The translations under genes and the position numbers were made by a program. This document shows positions 57,905-64,000 of a stretch of DNA of 64,000 nt, piece after piece; position 1 is the stretch's first letter, and every line of letters starts with the position of its first letter. The stretch is taken from sequence record MT884006.2; one strand, written 5' to 3'. This DNA comes from Escherichia phage vb_EcoM_bov9_1. The notes under the pieces are model-generated. The model was not told where the DNA came from and searched no databases. It saw nothing but the letters and a program-made list of their open reading frames with translations.

Positions 57905-58090
57905 TTAAAGCGTATTCACATAAGCTATTAATTCATTTTCTTTCTTATCAAACCGATCAGCAAATTCTTCCTGCTGTTCGGGAGATAGCGGGCCGTATTC
58001 ATCATAAAAGGTGTTTGCTTCTGTATGCTCATCTAGAAGTTCATGGATAAGCTCAAACAATTTATCTTTTTGTTCTTTGCTTAGACTCAC
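57905..58090 (-). CDS. hypothetical acidic protein
   Basis: 61-aa ORF. Confidence 0.4.
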   Translation of the reverse strand: MSLSKEQKDKLFELIHELLDEHTEANTFYDEYGPLSPEQQEEFADRFDKKENELIAYVNTL

Positions 58091-58259
58091 AGTATGTCAA
58101 TCCCCAAAAGTTTTAAAATGAATCGTTTCTGATTCATAACCGCTACGATTGAATGACCGTTAGGGTCTTTTTGACCCGATCCAATTATAAATCCTTTTTG
58201 TGCAGAAAGTTCAATCAAAACATCAAGTTCACGTAATAATTGATATTTTAAATCATCAT

Positions 58260-58472
58260 TCATTTTGGTTTACCTTCTTTAACGAAATCAGGATAAGGAT
58301 AAAATCCCGAATAAAATCCTTCACCTTTATGATTGATGCATCCTTTATTAGAACAATAGCACCAATAATCGAAATCACAAGCCATTTCATCGTTGCATAA
58401 AGCAAAAACAACCGGCCACTTACACTTTTCACAATGGGCATTTTTAAGAATACTAGTTTGGCTCATAACCAT
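58260..58472 (-). CDS. Cys-rich small protein
   Basis: 70-aa ORF with CEKCKW...CNDEMACDFDYWCYCSNKGC. Confidence 0.45.
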   Translation of the reverse strand: MVMSQTSILKNAHCEKCKWPVVFALCNDEMACDFDYWCYCSNKGCINHKGEGFYSGFYPYPDFVKEGKPK

Positions 58473-58690
58473 GTCACCTTTAAGCAGTATTCTTCTACAT
58501 GCTGTTTACGACCTTTCTTATCAATAAAGGTATATTCAACGAATGTTCCAATGTAGTCTTTATCTACATCATGTGGACTATTAATTGGACATTTAGTACG
58601 GCAAATGCGTTCCCATTGACGAATAATTACTGCCTTATTCTTTGGGTCATACTGATGTGGATAATGTATATTCATAATAACGGTTCCCAA
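58463..58690 (-). CDS. hypothetical protein
   Basis: 75-aa ORF. Confidence 0.4.
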   Translation of the reverse strand: MGTVIMNIHYPHQYDPKNKAVIIRQWERICRTKCPINSPHDVDKDYIGTFVEYTFIDKKGRKQHVEEYCLKVTWL

Positions 58691-59139
58691 TCAACAATCA
58701 CAATTTCTAATTTAGAGGAATATGTATCTAAAATCCCCTCAATAATATCCCAGTTCCCTTTACCTATGCCTGCACCAATCCTAGGCATATAGATTGTAGG
58801 TTTAATCAGTTTATTTTCACCAAACTCATTTAATTCTAACATACAATTCATTAAAGCGGAATACTCAAAATTTGGCCCCGGTTGAAATTGAGTATAAAGA
58901 TTGAAGCAGTAAGCTTTATGAGTCCTAAAGTATTTTTCATAGACTGAGTAAGAACCGAGTTTAGTTACATCGCCCCATTCTGTCTGTAATTTATCAGCTT
59001 CCAAAATTTTAGGGAAAGCTTTGGTTAATTGACCCGCTACGCCTGAACCCATAGTATGAAAACAATTGCATCCATGCGCAATATTTTTACCTTCAGCGAA
59101 AAGGGCGACAATATCGCCCTTGATATATTTTACAATCAT
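58672..59139 (-). CDS. macro-domain protein (ADP-ribose binding or processing)
   Basis: 155-aa ORF; GDIVALFAEGKNIAHGCNCFHTMGSGVAGQL resembles macro-domain signature. Confidence 0.55.
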   Translation of the reverse strand: MIVKYIKGDIVALFAEGKNIAHGCNCFHTMGSGVAGQLTKAFPKILEADKLQTEWGDVTKLGSYSVYEKYFRTHKAYCFNLYTQFQPGPNFEYSALMNCMLELNEFGENKLIKPTIYMPRIGAGIGKGNWDIIEGILDTYSSKLEIVIVDWEPLL

Positions 59140-59477
59140 CTAGTACTCAATCCTCGATTATAAGAATCTACCAAACGGTCAACCATTGAATGACAAGCGG
59201 CTTTATCTTTCTCCTCCGCAACTGAGCATTCTAAGGTATTCCACTTTTTAGCATATCGTTTTAACAATGTATCATTTTTGTATCTGCTTGATTTATCTCT
59301 TTCTCCGTCTTTATATGCATATATTAATTTCTGTGCAAATTCAGCTTGGCATGCTTTATTTTTCCCACAATAATCCGCTGCAGTACGGTTTACATACTCT
59401 CTAATTTCAGTATATGATGTATCTGCTAACGCAGAAAATGAAATTAATCCTATACATAAAACCAAAATTTTAGTCAT
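59136..59477 (-). CDS. predicted secreted protein
   Basis: 113-aa ORF with signal peptide MTKILVLCIGLISFSALA. Confidence 0.5.
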   Translation of the reverse strand: MTKILVLCIGLISFSALADTSYTEIREYVNRTAADYCGKNKACQAEFAQKLIYAYKDGERDKSSRYKNDTLLKRYAKKWNTLECSVAEEKDKAACHSMVDRLVDSYNRGLSTR

Positions 59478-60015
59478 TTACTATTTCCAAAAGTTTATTA
59501 TTTTTAAGGTAATTAGCCTTTTCTAGGACTTCAGAAGCATATTTAGAACCTGCTTTAACATTCCATCCCGAATTATAAGAGGATATTGCTTTTCTTATAT
59601 CGCCCTTATGTATATTTAACCAATAAGAAAGTTCAATGTACGCCCAGGAAGCTGAATTGGACCGTTTATTCAACATTCTTTTTATTTCAGCATCGGTCAT
59701 ATTATAACCAAGTTCCTTAACTCTTGCTCGCATAGTAGGCAAATAATTTTGGAACATTCCGTAGGCGTGATGCTTTGCTTTAGATTTTAAATTAACTCCG
59801 CCAGAGCTTTCTTGCCATAAAATAGCAGCCATTATATGACCCAATCCGCTCTTGTGGATATTTTTGTGTGTTTTATATTTTCCATCCTTAGAAAATTGTT
59901 CCCCGAATTGATACGCGTAACGCATGTTATCGAGTTGGACATTACTGAAAGTATGCTCGGAGCTATGTGCCATCATTGAAATGGCCAATAGACCAGCGAG
60001 TAGTGCTTTTCTCAT
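59470..60015 (-). CDS. lytic transglycosylase-like protein (SLT domain) with signal peptide
   Basis: 181-aa ORF; ILWQESSGG and AYGMFQ motifs typical of soluble lytic transglycosylases. Confidence 0.55.
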   Translation of the reverse strand: MRKALLAGLLAISMMAHSSEHTFSNVQLDNMRYAYQFGEQFSKDGKYKTHKNIHKSGLGHIMAAILWQESSGGVNLKSKAKHHAYGMFQNYLPTMRARVKELGYNMTDAEIKRMLNKRSNSASWAYIELSYWLNIHKGDIRKAISSYNSGWNVKAGSKYASEVLEKANYLKNNKLLEIVND

Positions 60016-60022
60016 GCTTACC

Positions 60023-60484
60023 TCATTGAGTTTTAATTACTGCTTTAGAAGCCTTTCCTGGTAAACGACGACTGTTGATAATTGCCATCCTGCATTGAAG
60101 TGACGGGTCTTTGAACTTCTCATTAGGCTTACAAACCGTAAATCCAAGCCAAAGATTTCCATCTGTGATTTCTAAACGTCCAGGACGATATTCAACCCCA
60201 TCAATAAAATCCTCGTCAATGTCAGGACGCGGAGGCATACTCAGGAATTCATTAACTTCTAAAACATGGTCTTTTATTTTATGGAATAATTCAAAAACAT
60301 ATGTCTCATCAATCTCCCGTTGAATTGCACGATCAAGAAGATGTTGAGAATATTTTAGATGAAACGATGAGACTCCTGCTGCTTTTGATGCCTCACGAAT
60401 CTCATTGTTAATTTGACGAAACTCCGACTCAAAGTGACGACGAAGCTTATTTCGACGGATAAAAACTTCTGTATTGATAGTCAT
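60023..60484 (-). CDS. regB: RegB endoribonuclease
   Basis: 153-aa ORF; size and position match T4 RegB. Confidence 0.75.
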   Translation of the reverse strand: MTINTEVFIRRNKLRRHFESEFRQINNEIREASKAAGVSSFHLKYSQHLLDRAIQREIDETYVFELFHKIKDHVLEVNEFLSMPPRPDIDEDFIDGVEYRPGRLEITDGNLWLGFTVCKPNEKFKDPSLQCRMAIINSRRLPGKASKAVIKTQ

Positions 60485-60511
60485 GTTGTTCTCCTCTTAA
60501 CTGATAGAAAA

Positions 60512-60541
60512 ATTATACCACAGCCAAGAGGAAAAGTAAAC
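60512..60541 (-). promoter_or_regulatory. T4-type early promoter
   Basis: minus-strand GTTTAC-18-TGgTATAAT upstream of regB. Confidence 0.6.
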
Positions 60542-60543
60542 AG

Positions 60544-60864
60544 TTATTCTTTAAATCTAATCAATTTATTCATAGACTTTGAAACTTCTGCACGAACCTC
60601 ATGTAAGTTTTTAAGCTGTTCAAGACGCTGCTCATAGTAAGCAATTTCATCTTCTTCGAGACAGTCCTGTGAATCTTCTTTAAGATAACGTGCATAGTCC
60701 TGAAAAGCTTTACGGACTACTTCCTGGAAGTCATCAAGACTTTGAATTTTCTTAGGAGCGGCAGATACACGACGAGGTGCAGTATAATACTCATAACCAA
60801 ACCCTGCACTTAATTGAGCCATTAGTATTTTTCCTCTGGTTGGAACACTGCACGACAAGCCCAC
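60544..60864 (-). CDS. hypothetical protein
   Basis: 106-aa ORF. Confidence 0.45.
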   Translation of the reverse strand: MGLSCSVPTRGKILMAQLSAGFGYEYYTAPRRVSAAPKKIQSLDDFQEVVRKAFQDYARYLKEDSQDCLEEDEIAYYEQRLEQLKNLHEVRAEVSKSMNKLIRFKE

Positions 60865-61124
60865 ATACTGGCTTCTTTGAGTTTCGTTTTAGCAATAGTT
60901 AACTGATCGAGGCTTTCAGCATAATTCTTCGCGAGTTCATCGTCTTCACAGCTATCAAATGCTTCCCAAAATTCATCGTATAAAGCATCAAAGATAAGTC
61001 CTAAACGAACTTCAGCGTCTTTAATAGCATTTACTTTACCGATTTTTTCGTCGGTATGTGGCTTATAACCTTTAATATCTTCAATCATATTTGACTTCCT
61101 CACCAGTGCATAAATCATATTCAA
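60822..61124 (-). CDS. hypothetical acidic protein
   Basis: 100-aa ORF. Confidence 0.45.
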   Translation of the reverse strand: MNMIYALVRKSNMIEDIKGYKPHTDEKIGKVNAIKDAEVRLGLIFDALYDEFWEAFDSCEDDELAKNYAESLDQLTIAKTKLKEASMWACRAVFQPEEKY

Positions 61125-61302
61125 CTAAACGAATAGGTTCATGAATGCCATATCCTTGAACAGAAATTTCTGTCGTAGGATAAATTCCATCAATATCACC
61201 CATATTCCAGGCTTCATTAAATTGCTGTTCGCCTGAATTACTAAACCACTCGGCGAAAGCATTTAGCACATCTTTAGAACCTTCAATAATTATCTTTGCC
61301 AT
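61081..61302 (-). CDS. hypothetical protein
   Basis: 73-aa ORF. Confidence 0.4.
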   Translation of the reverse strand: MAKIIIEGSKDVLNAFAEWFSNSGEQQFNEAWNMGDIDGIYPTTEISVQGYGIHEPIRLVEYDLCTGEEVKYD

Positions 61303-61664
61303 TACAAACTCTCGGTGAAGGTACGAGCAATAACGTCGCGCTGCTGTTCCGGAGTCAGAGAGTTAAAGCGAACTGCATAACCTGATACACGGATGGTCAG
61401 CTGCGGATATTTTTCCGGATGCTTAACTGCATCTTCCAGAGTTTCACGACGCAGAACGTTAACGTTCAGGTGTTGACCACCTTCAATTTTAACTGTAGGC
61501 TGTTGCTCAATTTCAATTTCACGGGCATGCAAACCGTAGAAAATTTCTGGGTCTACAAAAGAGTCCTCTTTAAAGGTTTTAGAGACAATAATTCGTGCTT
61601 GAATACCATCTTCAAAATAAATAGTACCTTTATGTGTGCCTTCAAGAATTTGATATGCTTTCAT
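61302..61664 (-). CDS. autonomous glycyl radical cofactor-like protein (GrcA/YfiD-like C-terminal module)
   Basis: 120-aa ORF; C-terminal about 60 aa ([61 protein letters not shown]) carries the RVSGY glycyl radical motif; DNA of this part is visibly more GC-rich than the surroundings. Confidence 0.8.
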   Translation of the reverse strand: MKAYQILEGTHKGTIYFEDGIQARIIVSKTFKEDSFVDPEIFYGLHAREIEIEQQPTVKIEGGQHLNVNVLRRETLEDAVKHPEKYPQLTIRVSGYAVRFNSLTPEQQRDVIARTFTESL

Positions 61665-61671
61665 ATAAACC

Positions 61672-61998
61672 TCAATTAGAAAATAAATTTATCCAAGATT
61701 GTTCTTTAATTAAAAATGGCTCAGAATCATATGCCATTAAACTTTGGGTGATTAGTCCTTTAAAAGGTCCATCAATAAATTCCATGGTAAAATATGGAAT
61801 TTTATTCATTAACTGTGCGTTAGGAGCAGTGCACAAAACTCTGCATCCTTTGAATACACCTTTTTGTAATTTGTATTGCTTGGGATAAAATTCGCTTAAA
61901 ATGTTGTTATTTGCCAAAATTTCAAAATGATTTACCAATTTATTTTTAATAGTTTTTGGCGAAAAATAGAGATATTCGAAAAGCTGTGTGTCTGTCAT
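61672..61998 (-). CDS. hypothetical protein
   Basis: track ORF 61672..62052; start set at MTDTQ where it overlaps the upstream stop (TAATG). Confidence 0.4.
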   Translation of the reverse strand: MTDTQLFEYLYFSPKTIKNKLVNHFEILANNNILSEFYPKQYKLQKGVFKGCRVLCTAPNAQLMNKIPYFTMEFIDGPFKGLITQSLMAYDSEPFLIKEQSWINLFSN

Positions 61999-62537
61999 TA
62001 TTGCATTCCGATTACGAAAAACTGTGGACGAGTAATACCACCAATGCAACATTTACTATTACAGCAGTAGTGTACAGTGTCAATATGGACGCTATAAATC
62101 TTATCCATATCAGGAGATTTGACAGGCTCATCAATTATATACAAAATTCGCGAAAGCGATAAACCTCTGAACTTGCTTCCTTTATTACCAATAAAACTGC
62201 GTACAGAATCAGTAAATAAACGAAAACGTATATCATCATTAGAATAACGCGAAAATTCCTTTTTAATGTTATTTGCAGAAATTTTAGCGTAAGCTGAAGT
62301 ATTAGAAAGAACAATAACTGTTCCGCCATCATACAGCCAATTAGCAGCAAAGTTAGTCACAGCAATTGATTTACCAGATTGACGTCCACCATCTATACGA
62401 AGTGTGCAGTACTGTTTAAGTAATTCTTCAAATGGCGGGATATATTCGTTTTTACAAATTTCTTCTACTCTAGCATCAGAATGGTGTGTAAAAGCATTCA
62501 TCAGGGATAGATACGGGCCAGTTAAAAATGTTCTCAT
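61998..62537 (-). CDS. putative P-loop NTPase
   Basis: track ORF 61998..62594; start set at MRTFLTG (AAGAGAG SD upstream); Walker-A-like DGGRQSGKS. Confidence 0.45.
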   Translation of the reverse strand: MRTFLTGPYLSLMNAFTHHSDARVEEICKNEYIPPFEELLKQYCTLRIDGGRQSGKSIAVTNFAANWLYDGGTVIVLSNTSAYAKISANNIKKEFSRYSNDDIRFRLFTDSVRSFIGNKGSKFRGLSLSRILYIIDEPVKSPDMDKIYSVHIDTVHYCCNSKCCIGGITRPQFFVIGMQ

Positions 62538-62672
62538 ATTTTCTCTCTTAATTTTTGGGCCATTCCATGGCACATGAGTTGTCCATTCCTGCATTACCCA
62601 TTACCGCGCTTTGGCTCGACCTTATCACAGGTTGGCGGGAATACCTCAAATGAGGTCCAGGCTGTTCCCATA

Positions 62673-63146
62673 TTATTTGAACGATTTAACGTACTGAATA
62701 GAACCTTTACTATTTACAAAGGCAATTTTACCATTTTTATTATACATGGTAGCAGTACGTTGATAACCATAAGTTTGTTTACCAGATTGATAACCAACTA
62801 ATGCGAAATTATCTTCACCCATTTTATTCTGTTTAGCGCGAATGCGTTCATGACCATGTGCCATAAGAACCTTAGCATCACCAGTTGCAATGGATCTACG
62901 AGTTTTTTCATCTTCAACTGTATTAACAAAGTCGTCAAATGAATCAAATTTAGCATGAGATTTATTATACAGTTTTCCATCTACTGCATAATTATATCCC
63001 TGTACATCCATCTCAACTTCTGTACCATCATCCAATACAGCAGTGATTTTTTGACCTTTTTTAAATTTCAAAAGATCAGTAAAAGATTCAGCAATAATTT
63101 GAGAATTAATAGCTGCTTCAGTGATAAATTCTTGATATGTTTTCAT
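62673..63146 (-). CDS. internal-protein-like protein with capsid targeting sequence
   Basis: 157-aa ORF beginning MKTYQEFITEA, matching the N-terminal capsid targeting sequence of T4 internal proteins as I recall it. Confidence 0.55.
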   Translation of the reverse strand: MKTYQEFITEAAINSQIIAESFTDLLKFKKGQKITAVLDDGTEVEMDVQGYNYAVDGKLYNKSHAKFDSFDDFVNTVEDEKTRRSIATGDAKVLMAHGHERIRAKQNKMGEDNFALVGYQSGKQTYGYQRTATMYNKNGKIAFVNSKGSIQYVKSFK

Positions 63147-63155
63147 ATGTTTCCT

Positions 63156-63572
63156 TTAAATGTAAATATTTTTACCGTAATACTTATACCAATGTGGTTT
63201 CATTAAAATTTTTTCATCAAGTCGTTGTTGACTCAATTTAATAGCTGATTTGCATGGATTATAATCATTTTTCCATTCTACTGGAATATCGCTGATGTCA
63301 GGAACTTCAGTATCTTTTATACTGAACCCTCGTTTTAAGCATTCCGTTATAATGTCCGATTGACGCTTTCGCAAAAATTCTAACTTATCGTAAAAGAACG
63401 TAACATGACCAGAACCTAAAATAAACTCGGAAGATATTTTAAAATCTTTAACGCGCTTACCGTTTGCCACATGCTTACGAACTATACCAAAAACACGTGG
63501 CAATTCACGGTATTCTGCGATTAAATGTTGATCAGCAAGTTCAGATACTAAAGTCAAATTAATACGAGTCAT
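63156..63572 (-). CDS. denV: endonuclease V (pyrimidine dimer DNA glycosylase/AP lyase)
   Basis: 138-aa ORF; sequence recognisably T4 DenV. Confidence 0.93.
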   Translation of the reverse strand: MTRINLTLVSELADQHLIAEYRELPRVFGIVRKHVANGKRVKDFKISSEFILGSGHVTFFYDKLEFLRKRQSDIITECLKRGFSIKDTEVPDISDIPVEWKNDYNPCKSAIKLSQQRLDEKILMKPHWYKYYGKNIYI

Positions 63573-63595
63573 TTTATCCCTCCAAGTAACTGTGA

Positions 63596-63627
63596 ATATA
63601 CTATCACAATTCTAGGAGAAAGTAAAC
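63596..63627 (-). promoter_or_regulatory. candidate early promoter upstream of denV
   Basis: minus-strand GTTTAC present; -10 region weak. Confidence 0.35.
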
Positions 63628-63631
63628 AACT

Positions 63632-64000
<369 letters not shown>

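Overview
This window is the start of a T4-like (T-even, Tequatrovirus-type) phage genome, running from rIIA to the 3' part of the lysozyme gene e. Almost every gene is on the minus strand, tightly packed, with many overlapping stop/start codons. Recognisable core genes in T4 order are rIIA, 39, dexA, dda, modA/modB, soc, 56, 61, sp, dmd, 41, uvsX, 42, imm, 43, regA, 62, 44, 45, rpbA, 46, 47, a-gt, 55, nrdH/G/D, 49, nrdC, tk, regB, denV and e. Intergenic regions carry T4-type early promoters (GTTTAC-18 nt-TATAAT, read on the minus strand) and hairpin terminators, mostly with C(UUCG)G loops. I recognised no tRNA genes, CRISPR arrays or integrases. I did not find a clear-cut novel multi-gene system. 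The window is not T4 itself: gene 39 is unsplit, nrdD is uninterrupted, Soc is RB69-like, and a different glycosyltransferase sits at the beta-gt position. The most interesting accessory content is a Seg-like GIY-YIG homing endonuclease between 45 and rpbA, a high-GC host-like glycyl-radical (GrcA/YfiD) module, a plus-strand small membrane ORF between 56 and 61, a nucleotidyltransferase plus P-loop ATPase pair, an internal-protein-like gene with a capsid-targeting N-terminus, and repeated promoter-leader cassettes. All identifications rest on reading the sequence and recalled family knowledge; no searches were run. Coordinates of promoters, terminators and small ORFs I derived by hand may be off by 1-2 nt.
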